A stretch of 64,000 bases of DNA, from positions 218,056,001-218,120,000 of the forward strand of contig NC_058368.1 of assembly GCF_018350175.1 (NCBI RefSeq), written 5' to 3'. Below are positions 37,457 through 51,106 of the stretch, in pieces. A program made the translations under genes and the position numbers. Positions within the stretch are counted from its first letter, which is position 1, and each line of letters begins with the position of its first letter. Source of the DNA: Felis catus. Lineage: Eukaryota. Below the pieces are notes generated by a model. It saw only the letters and a list, made by a program, of their open reading frames with translations, made no database searches and was not told the origin of the DNA.

Positions 37457-39531
37457 GTAGTCACCTATAGTTAATGAGATTGACAATACAATATATCATT
37501 CTATTCTCTAATGCATCTGGCCCAAAGTTTTAGGGAGCAGAATGTTGGAAACGTGATCTACTCAGCTACCCTTCATTCATATGACGTGGGAGAGATCATC
37601 TGAAATAAATCTATTCTTTATCAAGGCATGGAGAAATGCTTTGAGGAGGGGCCATTAGAATTCTTGAAAGTTCCTATGGATACTGAATTCTGTAATATGT
37701 AGACAACAGTGGGAGATGCAAAAATGGAATTGGGTTGCTTGATCTCAATGGGAATGATGAAATTGTGAGTAGAGGCCCAAGTGGTAGCCTTTAACTCTTA
37801 GAGACATGATGGAAAAAATTACACCACAAGCCACATTGTATGGATCACTTATTTACTTATTTGATCTTCAAGGATATAGGGTGCTGGGTAATTTATTTGC
37901 TGGGGTTTTAGAAATGAATGAGATTACCAAAATAATATAGTATACAGTGACATATATAATAAGAAAAAGTTTTAGAACTGGGAGGGAGAAAGCTTGCCTG
38001 AATTATGTAGTGCAGATTCATGGCCTCTGCACTCATTTAAGAAATGAAGGGACTTTAAAGACTTACAGCATCTGGATTGAGCAGGAGCCAGAATCCACTT
38101 GAGGAAGAACCTTGCTATATGGTATATATACTTCAATCTTTCTTCAAACCTTCTCAAGCGGAAAATAAATACCAATCTTTTAGGGATTATTATCTCCTGG
38201 CTTTGAACTGTTTCTGGAAACTAATGAAGTGGGGACTTATAGAGGTCAAGCGATAGATGGAGTCTGGATCCAAGGAACCTACAGTACAATCTTAGATGCA
38301 TTCTATAGTTGTTCCTCTCAACCCAAAATCTATATACAGGGTGCAAACATAAGAGATAACTGTCACAATTCCCACATTGGTTCTTCAATCCACAGAGGGA
38401 GGACTCTTATTGTAGGAAGGGCCAAGTAGAAGCCAGTGGAATCACACCTGCCCAACCCTGACTTACTAGAAAACAAAACAAAACAAAAATATCACACCCC
38501 TAGAGGAATTATAAAGATTAGTGCCACCATCAATAACGTGAAATATGCAAGAGTGCTAATTCCTACCACATCCCCATTTAATATGCCTATTTGGACAGTG
38601 TATAGCCAGATGTGTCAAGGAGAATGACAGTCAATTATCACCCACATAATTAGGTAGTGATTCCAAGCACAGCTGCATTTCCAGATATGGTATCTCCCCT
38701 GGAGAAAATTAACACAGACCCTGACACCTGGTATACAGCTATTGAAATAGAAATGCATTTTCCCCCTATCTCTGCCAGCAAAGGAAAACATAAGCAGTCT
38801 GCTGTTATATGATAAATACAAGAGTATACCCTTCCTGTTTTTTTCAGGGCTATGTCAACTCCCATCTCCCTGTCATAAAATATTCCAGACTAAGGACATG
38901 TGTTGTCTTGATGCTGTACAGAATACAACACTGGTCCATTACATTTCTGGTTGTATGAGCATTCCAAAACAGACACACAGGAAGTAGCCAACACCCTAAA
39001 TCCTTAGTAAAACACAGGATGCCAAAAGGTAACAAACAGACCCCTCAATATTCAGGGATCTATAAGATTGAAATGTCTTAGAGTCAAGTGGTCGGGGGGG
39101 GGGGGGCACATGTTTTCTAATGCTTCACAAAGAAAGAAAAATTGTGGCATCTTTCAACAACCACAATCAAAAAATAAGGACAGTGCATACAATAAATAAA
39201 CAGAATAGAATCTTGTTTATGGATTATGAAGGCAATATATATCACATTTGGCCATCCTATTCCAACATACTTCTTGGGTAATTTGAAAGGTGGCTAATTT
39301 TGAGCTGGCCCAGAGCAAGAAGGGCTCTCCAATAGATCCAGGTTGCTATGCTAACTATTGACACTTGAGCCTTATGACCCGAATAACCTATTGTTATTGA
39401 AAGAGTGTTAGAGGGATAATTTTCATGAAGCCTTGATAAACCTCAGTGAGGGACTGGGAGTCTTAAATCACAGGATTTGGGGAAAAGGCCATGACCTTTC
39501 CTACCGACAAATTATTCTCCATTTGAAATGT

Positions 39532-40228
39532 TGTGTGCAGCTCATGCTGAAGTCTGCCTGTGAATAAGTTACCTTACGTGGCGAAAGGACTTTGTACATA
39601 TGATTGAATTAAGGATCTTAAGACTGAAAAATTATCTTGGATTGGGGAACCTGGGTGGCTCAGTTGGTTGAGTGGCCGACTGGCTCAGATCATGATCTTG
39701 CAGTCTATGAGTTTGAGCCCCGCGTCGGGCTCTGTGCTGACAGCTCAGAGCCTGGAGCCTGCTTTAGATTCTGTGTCTCCTTCTCTCTCTGCTCCTCCCC
39801 TGCTTGTGCTCTCTCTCTCTGTCTCTCAAAAATAAATAAATGTTTAAATTTTTTTTTAATTTATCCTGGATTGAGCAGCATTGTCCTGCAGATTGTGCAG
39901 GACCCTTGTGATTACCAATGTAATCATAAGTGTCCTAATAAAAGGAATGCAAGAGTTTCAGTGTCAGAAAAATGAGATGACAGAATTAGAGATCATTGCT
40001 GATTTTGAAGATGAAGGACGGTTCCATGAGTCAACAAATGCAGATGTCCTCTAAAACCTGGAAAAGTTAAGGAAACAGACTCTCCCCACAGCCTTCAAAT
40101 AAGGCAGCTCTTTGAATCCCTTGATTTTTGGAATCCTGACATCTAGAACTGTAAGAAAATTATTTTGTATTGTTTAAGCCACTAAGTTTGTGATCAACTT
40201 GTTAGTGCAGAAACAGGAAACTAATACA
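39532..40228 (+). mobile_element. MaLR solo LTR (MLT1D-like) inserted in ERV-L pol
   Basis: GTTACCTTACGTGGC..GGACTTTG..TTAAGGATCTT..TTTGAAGATG..TTTAAGCCACTAAGTTTGTG..GGAAACTAATACA. Confidence 0.88.
39644..39858 (+). mobile_element. CanSINE nested in the MLT1 LTR
   Basis: TSD TTATCTTGGATTG / TTATCCTGGATTG. Confidence 0.95.
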
Positions 40229-42169
40229 ATGTGACAAAATCATGGGCCTGAGTAGTTCCTAAAACTCAGGGAAGAAAAAAAAAAAAAAACTTGGCTGTGC
40301 AGATGTCACAGATTCCTGAACTAGATCTCCTTTAGCTTTTGCTTTCCTTTTGCTTTGCTTTTTTGCTTTTTTTCTTTCTGCCAATCTCATACCTGTGCCT
40401 CTGCTCAAATTAATGAAACAGAAAACAGTGAGAACCTGATTTATTAATATATCTGCATATTCTGCCGCTATCAGTCAAAAGTGAATGACTTCTTCCCTGT
40501 GACCCCACTCAGCAGGAGCTCTAAAAGACAACGGAGAAGGGAAATTATTCTTTATGGATAGATCTTTGCAATTCATGAACAATATTTAGTTTTGACTAAA
40601 TATTTAGTTTTGACTAGGTGACCAGTGGCAAAGAAACAAATGAAACCCTATTTGGAATATTGGAACGTGGTGCAGAAAGTCTAGGGGAATGATGATGTAT
40701 GGATGCATGGCCATGAAGTGTGAAGATATTTATGTTGCACATGAATGTTTACCAAAGCATCTAATGCAAAGAAAGCATGTGGTTATCATATATATAAAAT
40801 GACCAGCAGTAGAAATATCAGCTTCTTTCCCCAGGCTACTTTACCCAATGTCCTCTTGTAAACGTGTAACGGAAGCAAGGAGAGTGGATAGGCAGGAGCT
40901 CAGCAACATGAGTTTCTTATCAAGGCTAATATGGACAGTACCACTACTGCATGCAAAACATGCTCATAGCAGGAGCCAATGCTGAATCCCTGAGGCATTC
41001 CCACTTACCTGGAAAAAATAGCTAACCACTTGGTGGAAATCTGATTGCACAAATCATCTTTGAGGGAGCATGGGGAGGGAACTTGATTCCATAGCAATTG
41101 CTGTATCTATCTCTGTAGATTCACACACAATACTTCTTCTGACCCACTGGACACATTTTACAAGAAATGAATGTGGCAATCGATTCACACTCACAGAATT
41201 AACTGGTTCTCACAGGTTCCATCACAAAAAAAAACAAAAACAAAAACAAAAAACTAGCTATTAAAAGGGTGAGGAAATCAGAAATTGGATCACATGAAAA
41301 ATCGAGACGCCAGTCTATAGGATAAGGCAACTGCCATAAACCAGCATCTGCTATGTCATCTCTTCCATAAGCAAAATGCCTAGTACTGGGAACCAAGGCA
41401 TAGGGGAGACAAATTATATGATTATCCCTAAAAATTATTTGGAGAATGTTTTTTTCAAAATCACAATTTTTGACTTGGTTAACTTGAACATCTTTGAGCC
41501 TAATAAAGGCATGTTTTCTCTAAGGAATACAGTTAAAATTCCACTGAATTGCAAAAAATATGACTGTCATCTGTCCAGATTGGAATTCTCACGTTGTTGA
41601 CTGAACACGAAGGGAAAGAGAGTATGTGCTCACCAGGGAGATTTCTCTCAGTCACCAGAAGAAAACTGGTTTCTGCTACACTATGAAAGACAGCAGGACA
41701 GTGCCCAGAACTCTAGGTATTTATTCAGGATCCCTGTTACTACCTTCTGACGTTATAATCCTGGTTAATAGAAAACTGAGGTAAACTCAAATAAAAAATT
41801 ATTCCAAAATATGAAGGTTAAGTTCACCCCATTGGTTAAAGTAGCCATTCAACTGAGTGGCTACTTGAGGGAAAGTGAAGTAGTAGGAAGTACTAGTAAT
41901 ATAGAGACGTAATTACAAATTCAGTTCTTCTCATCCACTGAAGCGAAGACTGTACTATATTAATGAGTACACCACCTTAACCTCACTGCCTTATATGGAG
42001 AACACTAATGATGTCTAATACATTCAGTTTCAGGGGGAAGTTGAACTGAGTTGACATCAGCAAATGCTGATGTGGTAGCTTCTGGAACTTTAAGTTCTCC
42101 TGCATTGTAAAAATTACATTTTCACCAAAATAAAATGTAAGGATGAATGCTGAGGGGGTAATGAAGTAG

Positions 42170-42603
42170 ACTGTTCTGGAGGTCTTCCCTTTGTGACTCA
42201 ATTCATTCTCCATTTTGTTATCTGTTGTCTGCTCTGGGAAGCTAACCTGTATAGACTCGGTGGGATCCCTTGCATCTGAGGGCCAGAACACTGGAAACAC
42301 TAGATCTAATAGACATGGGAAAGTTAAGTCGGTAGTATTCATTATCCTGGATCACTGCTCTAGTAGTTGCCGTAGGCCTGCTGTGACCCTACAAGAAACC
42401 TCAGCTTTTCAAAAGGCAGTTCTCTCCTACAGCTAACTTGCCCTGGTTTCCAGTGACCTTGCTGCCTCACGGCACTTTAAGGGCTCTGGGTAATTACGGC
42501 ACCCCAAGGTCCTATACTTTCCCTATGGTTTCCCTTTATTAAGCTCTTCTCAAAACTTGCCACTTTGAGTTACCTCCCTTTTCTTCCAGAATATTGGCTG
42601 ACA
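42170..42603 (+). mobile_element. ERVL LTR (LTR33-like), probable 3' LTR
   Basis: GCTAACCTGTATAGACT..TCCCTTGC..TCCCTTTATTAAGCTCTTCTCAAA..TTTGAGT..CTGACA; preceded by the purine-rich GAGGGGG tract. Confidence 0.72.
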
Positions 42604-43279
42604 CCTCTACAACATGCCAGGCACTGTACATGTATTAATCGATCTGGAAGCAACAGGGGAATAACTTTGAAAGTACACTCTATTTTTCAATTGATAAAAT
42701 GTCTACATTTTGAAGGTGCTAGCATTTTCTCTCTGCAATATGGAAAGGCAACAAGGAGCACACATACTTGCATGGAGCTCAATCAAACCCTTATTACACA
42801 TGAATAGAGGAATCATCAACTTGCTTTTAGACAGGCCTAGAAGCTATGAATGGCTTAAAATGCAAATATATGTTTAGTACCATATTAAGAGAGAAAAAAA
42901 AACAGTTCAAATGGTTCACAATTTGTGTTATATTTAAGTAAGATTTCTTTTTTTTCAAAATTCCATTTAACTTCCAGATATTAGGAAGCCAAGAGATTCA
43001 CTCATAGTGAATCCCAAACTTGACACCCCGAAAACTAGCTATGAACAAGGAAGTACCCCAGATATGGACAAACAGCTTATGTGTCATGAAATCATACTAT
43101 ATGAGTATTTGCTTGCTGTAAACTGAACCAAGAGAAAGAACAACTTGTAATAATCTGGTTGGGGTGATTTATTGAGGAAGCATGAAAACATTTCAACAAG
43201 ATTCTCAAAAAGTGGCTTGAGAAAATTCGAAAAGGTGATCAGAAGATTCAGAGTAGTGAGTAGTTTCTTCAAAGGTGCA

Positions 43280-44170
43280 GCCAAGAGATGATTTAAAAGA
43301 ATATTTTAAGACTGCACTGTGATAAATGTCCAGTCAGAATAAATGACAGAAATATCACCCAATGATAACAGTTTCAATTAGTTTAAGGTGTGCACAGGAG
43401 CATTTAAGAACTATGAAGAGAGTTTCTAGGAAGGCTTCTAGAAATTTACAATGGTGCTGAGTTTTGGGAAAGACTGAGTTAGTTTTCTTTCCTTTTAAGA
43501 TTTTAAGAAAAGATAGTATTATTTTTGAAATAATATTCTACATTTAGATGCCAACAGTGTTAAATTGTTCAACATTCAGAGAAGATAATTAATTCTCCAC
43601 TGACTAAAGAGGGGTCAGCATGTGGAGTGAAGGTGGGCTTACAAAAGGAGGAGTTCAACAGAGATGGCCTATTGAGAAATTGTGTGTTTAAGACAAGGAG
43701 TGTGAAAGTCATATTGAAATCTTGGGACCCACATAATAATTTTAATAACAGGACTGGCATAATTACTGTAGAATTTTAACAAGTTTCCTCATAGCAATAT
43801 CAGATGTATATAAAGGGGCCTGGAAGGTGGAGGGTAAACCAGAAAACTTTTATAGTATCAAAGGGCAGAATACAGAGGTGAATTCAAGAGAATATACAAT
43901 GAACTAAAGTCCGTAGCAAATATGTATGGGGCGAGAGTGAGAGTGGGTAACCACAAACGATCCCTGGTTTCTGGCCTGCAGGACAAGTTGATGCTGGTAA
44001 CTAGTCAGTAAGAGAGGAAACACTGTGAAGGAACAGAGCCCAGAAAAAAGTGTAATTTAAGTTTTATTAGGCTTAAATTTAAAAGTATAATTCAAGTTTT
44101 AATTAAGCTTAAATTTATTAAAGAGTGTAGGGTGATTAAAACACGATGTTGAAAGAAAATGAAAATGCAG
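43280..44170. mobile_element. L2 fragments
   Basis: Purine-rich degraded sequence with L2-like motifs (GATCCCTGGTTTCTGGCCTG..GAGGAAACACTG). Confidence 0.45.
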
Positions 44171-47100
44171 GACGGGGGACAGAATGTGCTCACACTGGTT
44201 CAGCTATTCAGTAAATAGTCGACCTCCCCCCCCCCCCCCGCTGCCCCCCTCCCCCATCTCCCTCAGCAGGCAGCTGTGTATCAGCACACATAGAGTGCGG
44301 CTGTGAGAGGGTCAGCACAGCTTCTGGCTCTTTGCCCTTAACAGGATTGAGAGCAAAGGGGAATGGTGCCAATGGCTACATTTGCTTTTCCTTCTCAGAT
44401 GCCTGGGCCTACATGCATCCACCAGTTTAAAAAAGTAGTAGATGACAGTAATTGATTGCTTTGAAGGGAAAAAGAGGGTTAGGTATGGGTTTTGGTTTAG
44501 TCAGTCAATAGTAACTACCACAGAGAAATCAGGATGTTAAAAACTGGATAGTAAACACACCTCTATCAATAATTTGTATTAATGTAAATAGGGTCAACAG
44601 ATGTACTAACTGTCACCCAACTTCAGGTTCAACTGTGCATCTTTTTAAAGTGTAGCAATAGCTGGAATGCCCATCTGAAACAGGATGCCACGGAAAGGCT
44701 GAACATAAGGGCAATGAAAAATGATAGCATGCAAAATAGAAATCCCACATAGAAACACTAAATATTAGATCACTGTGTTTTAATATGAAGTCCATTAGCA
44801 GAGATTAAAGGAATTTAGTAATTAATAAGATGGATTTCATAATCATTTTGACGATTAGATGATTACTTACTTTTCAACTAATTGGAGTTTAATAACAAAA
44901 TAATTGTCAATTAATTATTAATGATATTAATATGAAGTTAATGAATTAAAAGAAACGACCCACTAAGAAATTACAGCAATCAATTATATTGTATAAATAT
45001 TGCAAACCTGACTCGGAATACATGAAGCAAATACATATATATATATATATAATATATATAGTATATTCACAAAAGACATTATGAACGTCACAAAAATGGA
45101 AAATCATCAGATTAGAACATTTGTACACAAATTTTTACAGAAATAGACATGCCAAGCACATACATTTTAATAAGTCTATGAACAACTGAATAACTCAAAT
45201 AACTTAAAACTAATGTTCCCTTTTGAGGTCACATGTAACATTCATAAACATTTATCACAAAAGTGATCACAAAGGAATCATTAAGAAATCCATAAGGATA
45301 AATGCCACAGAGAAGACAATTTTTAATTGTGGTACAATATAATTTGAAATTGATAATAAAAATAAAATTTAAATAATGTATATTAGAAAACTGAAAACAA
45401 TTCAGGGCTAAAGGAAGCATTATATCCATCAATATGTCTTATGAGAGAAAATACAAACCTATACATACAGCTTCACAAAAAACATTACATAATATACTTT
45501 TAAACATACTGTTGAGCTCAAAATAAATGAACCTAGAATTCCTGGGGTCTAGACCCCAAAGTCCATGGAGAAACTTATGAGTGAAATCACAGACACCATG
45601 CATGTTGCTTCAAATACTGCTTCCATTATCTAGGAATTAAATATTTATTTATACAGGATCATTCTGACTGGAGAAATACAGTAGGGACCCTTAACGAAAT
45701 GACTAAATAAAACAAGTGTGTTAACAAAGTGGCATAGAAACCTATGTATATCTAGGACTCAGTTAGAAGGAATATATGCTAAGAAAAGGTGAAACTAAAT
45801 GACTTTTGTAGAAATTCCCAAGCTTTCCTCCAACTTGAGGAATTAACATAAAGCCTCCTTTCATATTATTGAAAACCCTGGTATTACCATCAGGAGTATG
45901 TCTTAAAAAAGTTCTGTATTAACACACATCAACTGGATTAAGGATCTATATATGAAAAGCAAACATTTTTTAAAGTATGGAAGAAAATACATGAATATCA
46001 TGATGACCCCAGTTTATGGCAGCTTATTTGAATACAAAATGTACAGTCTACATTTGAAAGGGTTAGAATATTTAACTACATTTAAAAAATAAATAAAAGC
46101 CCTATGTCAGACAACAAAATCAAAGACAGAGCTGTCCCATAAAATTGACAATATTTTAAGTTCAGGTACATATGAAAAGATTAGTATTTATAATGTATGT
46201 AAAAACTACAAATCAAAACCAAAGTGAAAAAAACGAAAACTATGATCAAAGGAACTGCAAGTTAATACACACTATGTGATACTATTTTACATTAACCAGA
46301 GAATACATTTATGTCTGACAATACCAATTATTCAAGAGATTTATAAATATAGGAACTTCAGTAAACTATTGAATGAAGTGTAAATTGGATAAAAATTTTT
46401 GTATTGAATTTGGAAAACCAAATTTTAGCATATCAAAAGAGTAGCAATTTCACTTTGGGCCCACTTAGCCTAGGAAGAGTGTACCATGTATTCTTAAGGA
46501 GGTAAATATTAGAATATACACTGTAGAAATATTTTTTGTTAATTATGACAATTTTGGTAAAACAAAAAATCTCAACAATAAAAGAAATGATAGCTATGAT
46601 CTATTAATATAATGTATACTTTACATCAATAAAAAATGAATAAACAAGTTCTTAGTGAAGCATAAGTTATAGCATATAAATAGGTCCAAAATATATTCAC
46701 ACAATAAGCAAGCTTGTAAAAGAAAAAACTAAAATTTTATGCACAGCAAAAATCTTCATGTTACAATACAAATAATTTTTCTGAGTATAGGAAAGTGTCT
46801 ATCATCATCTAACATAGATAAACAGATGCAGATACAGATATTTAGATATAGATATATAGATATATGTCCATAATAAATAGAGAAAAACAAAATACAGTGA
46901 AGGACCCTAAAAGGAATGTGTGTGTATGGATGGATGACTATTCTTCAACCAACACAATACAAAGATTTATTGCTAATAGGCTTAAAACATCAGAAAAGGT
47001 GGACTCAGAAAAAAAAAATAATCCAAAAGAAAGAAGATGAAGAGAAAAAGGGACACAAGGAATGGATGAGATAAATAGTAAGTGATTATTAAGATTGTAG

Positions 47101-48459
47101 ATATAAACCAACTGGTATCAATAATGTCCTTATATATAAATATTCTTAACATACCCAGTTAAAGGGAGGGATTGTCTTATTGGATAACAATTCAAGATTA
47201 GACTGCATGCTAACTAAAGAATACCAATTTTAAATAGAGAGACTCCACTAGGTTAAAATAAAAGGAAGAGAAAATGTGACCATGTTGACTAATGAAGTCA
47301 AAGCTGCAATGGTTATATTCGTAGCATAAAAAGTATATTTCAGATAAGGAATTATTAACAAAGATAAAGAGAATCATTTCATAACGTCCAAGTGGTCATA
47401 TTCTCAATACAACTCAATAATCCTAGCCATTCATGAACATAACTATAGAATATCAAATTATAAGAAAAATGATATAGCTGCTAGAAGAAATAAACAAATC
47501 CACAAGATTAGAATGCTACTCTCCCCAATAATTGATAGAAAAAGTACACAGAATAATCATTAAGGATATAGAAGACTTTAACAACACTATTAACCAGCTT
47601 GACCTAATTAAATTGTTTAGAACAGTTTATCCAAAACAAAATTCAGTCTATTTTCAAGTACATTCAGAACAATTACCAAGATAGAATATATCTGGAGTCA
47701 AAATGTCTCATTAAATATAAAATGATGCAAGTATTATAATGTATGTTCTCTGACCACTATGCAATTAAATTAGAAATCAATAATAGGACAATATACAGAA
47801 AATGTCCCAATATTGAGAAATTAAATAACATGCCTTTAAGTAACTCACTGGTCAAAGAAGAATCAAAAAAAAAAATTAGAATGTATTTTGAACGGAATAA
47901 AAATGAAAACACAATATAAAGAAAAACAAAGTTTGAGGGATTCCAATAAAACAGCACATATGTTGAAATGTAGAACAACAAATCCCTACATTAAGACAAA
48001 AAAGTTTCTCAGATCAATGATCTCTGTACAAAATTTAGAAAAAAAAACAGAAAATAGAGCAAATTTAATCCAAAATATAAAGAGAAAGGAAGTAATAAAT
48101 ATCAAAATAAAAATCCATAAAATTTTTAAAATTCATAATTCAGAATTGAGCAAAATTAACATTCACTCATTGAAAGATATTGTTAAAAGAATAAAAGTGC
48201 AGGAATTAGACTTGGAGAATATATTTGGAAACTGCATATCTAATAAAGTATTCAGAATATAAAAGCAAGCATCAAATCTCAATTAGAAGACACAAAATTA
48301 AATATAAGCATAATGTTTGAACTTACACTTCAGTGAAGATGATAAAGAGACAGCAAATAGGCAATTGGAAAGATGCTAAACTACATTAGTAGTTGGGGAA
48401 ATGCAAATATAATACACAGTGAGGTATCACCATATATCTTCAGAAAGACTAAAATTAAA

Positions 48460-48627
48460 GGGGCGCGTGGGTGGCTCAGCCAGTTAAGCATCTGACTTCG
48501 GCTCTGGTAATGATCTCACAGTTGGTGGATTTGAGCCCTGTGTCTGGCTCTTTGCTGACAGCTCAGAGCCTGGAGCCTGCTTCAAATTCAGTGTCTCCCT
48601 CTCCCTCTGCCCCTATCCCGCTTGCGT

Positions 48628-48667
<40 letters not shown>

Positions 48668-48700
48668 AAAAATAAATAAACATAAAAATATTTTAAAAAA
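48460..48700 (+). mobile_element. CanSINE
   Basis: TSD AGAAAGACTAAAATTAAA / AGAAAGTCTAAAATTAAA. Confidence 0.96.
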
Positions 48701-49634
48701 AGAAAGTCTAAAATTAAAAAGGCCAATCAAAGCAAGTGTTGGTGACAATAAAGAACAATCCTTCTGGTGGAATTATAAAAGGGAATGGTCAATTCAGAAA
48801 AACAGTTTGACGGTTTCTCCTAAGGTGAAATATACATTTCCCACATTATCAAATTATTCCACTTTTAGGTGTTTAGCCAAGAGTAATGAGAGTGTATGTC
48901 CACAAAAAGACTTGCACGTTAATGTTTATACCAATTCAACTTGCAAAGCAAAATTCAGGAACAACAAATAGCCATCAATAGGTGAATGAACAAGTATATT
49001 GTTTTAGATCCATGCTGTAGGACTGCTGGTCAGGAATAAGTCCTGCAACAATATGCAATAACATGATCAAGTCTCAAAATAAGTATGCCACCGAGAAAAG
49101 TGCACATATGTTTTCATCCAATTACGTAAATTCCAGAAAATGCAATTCAATCAGGAGCTGGAGAAAGTACTCCAGTTGTAGAGGTAGTTTGCCAGGGAGG
49201 AGAAGGTAAAAGGGACTACAAAAGAGCACAGGAGAAAATACTTAGTATCTTTACTGCCCTGACAGTTTTACTGGTGTATATATGTATGTCAAAACCTAGC
49301 AAAGCCTACACTTTAAATGTTTTATTCCTTATCAATCATCCTCCAATAAAGGTTTTAAAAATTATCACAAAAAGGCACTAGGATTTGCAGGTAAATTTTT
49401 ACCATTCATATACAGATGATGGCAATAATATAAATCTCTAACAGAAAAAGAAAAGACATCCAACTTATTTTAATTAAGTCTAAACTATATCAAAAATGGA
49501 CACAAAATGAACTATGGCATAATCATATTTTAACCATATAATCCCATATTTTAGTAACATTTAGTTAAGACATTGTATCACCTGTGTGTGATGTGTTTCA
49601 ATGGAAAACATATCTAAAAGCAGTCACATTGAAA

Positions 49635-49845
49635 GGGGTAGCTGGGTGGCTCAGTCAGTTAAGCGTCTGACTTTGGCTTAGGCCATCATCTCAGGGTTCA
49701 TGGGCTTGAGACCCCCACTGGGCTCTCTGCCCTCAGGGCAGAGCCTGCTTCAGATTCTCTGTCCCCCTTTCTCTCTGCCACTCCCTTGTTCACTCTATCA
49801 GAAATAAATAAACATTAAAAAAAAAAAACTTTAAAAAGAATTTTT
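49635..49845 (+). mobile_element. CanSINE
   Basis: TSD AAAAGCAGTCACATTGAA / AAAAGCAGTCATTTTGAA. Confidence 0.94.
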
Positions 49846-50887
49846 AAAAAGCAGTCATTTTGAAGAAAGCAGAGAAAATCAAGCAAATGCTGAGCACATG
49901 CCCTATTCTGCAGTGGTAATCATCCATATTATCATTGTAGGCAGAGATGTGAAGAACATGTAATTATACTGAACACAGACAGACATGTGGCTGAAAGTTT
50001 TTAATGTATAATATTCTCATAATTGCTTCCTTTCCTAGCCAAGGAAGTAAAATATAGAACAAGAAGACAGACCTATGTAACAATTCATAGATAGGTATTC
50101 ACTAATCATAAATAATTACCGCCCTTTGTCTCTGCATATGTTACACAAATTCTTCTTCACAATAAAACACATTGCATTTGGGGACAACAAAAGAATGGGG
50201 AAACAATCAAGAATATTACATACTCACTCAAATTTACCTGAGTTAACAGTAAGGCACTAAAATAAAGTAAAACAAGCTGAGACAATACTACTTAGCATCA
50301 CCAGGAGGAACAGAGATATCACAGAAGATTACATTGCTTTTAAAATAATTAAAATAATCTATGTATCAAATGAATCAGTCTTGTAATTTTACCCACACTT
50401 CAACCCAGATAATTCAAAATGGAAAAATAACCAAAATGTCCACTCACAGGCAAATGGATAAACTTTGACATATCCATGCAATTAACATTATATTAATATC
50501 ACTATATTAGTTACTTAGCATATTCATTAATTGTATATTATATTGACTGATGTTAGTATATCAGTTCACACAAAACCATGAATTTCAAAAAAGGTATGCT
50601 GAAGTGAAAGAAGCCAAACACAAAGTAGTATATTCTGTATAACTCCATTCAATTATCTTCACAAAGCCACATAATTAACTGATATTTATAGAAATCGGAA
50701 GAGTGGCTTACTAAGGCAAGAGCCGAAGACTATAAGGTACAGAAGAGAATCTAAAGGATGCTGGAAGGATGTTCTATTCCTTAATATGGTGAGGATTACT
50801 GGGTACAGAAATGTACACATGAGATTAATTTTATGCATTTTAGTAAATGCTAACTATCCCTCAGAAAAAGGATAAAAACTGTTTTAA

Positions 50888-51106
50888 TTTTTTAAAAATT
50901 TTTAATGTTTATTTATTTTTGAGAGAGACAGAGACAGAGTGTGAGTGGGGGTGGGGCAGAAAGAGAGGGAGACACAGAATCCAAAGCAGGTTCCAGGCTC
51001 TGAGCTGCCAGCACAGAGCCTGATGCAGGACTCGAACTCACAAACCGTGAGATTATGACCTGAGCCAAAGTTGAACATTTAACCGACTGATCCACCCAGG
51101 CTCCCC
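50888..51106 (-). mobile_element. CanSINE
   Basis: Full antisense element; TSD core AAACTGTTTT. Confidence 0.96.

Larger units (their letters stand above)
36290..42160 (+). mobile_element. decayed ERV-L provirus internal region (gag-pol-dUTPase), multiply interrupted
   Basis: gag-like remnants ~36300-37900; GRTLIVGRAK*KPVESHLP..YHTPRGIIKISATINNVKYARVLIPTTSPFNMPIW matches ERV-L pol VGKAKWKPLELP..YRIPGGIAEISATIKDLKDAGVVIPTTSPFNSPIW; LVHYI at ~38931; dUTPase-like GMFSLRNTVKIPLN at ~41510. Confidence 0.9.

Noticed and set aside
47888..48262. 124-aa K/I/N-rich ORF
   Set aside because: Degraded L1 ORF2 sequence, not a host gene.
48471..48971. Longest ORF (166 aa) and similar MAQSV.. ORFs at 7838, 15187, 50913 and 54729
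   Set aside because: They are translations of CanSINE sequence running into L1 or flanking DNA.
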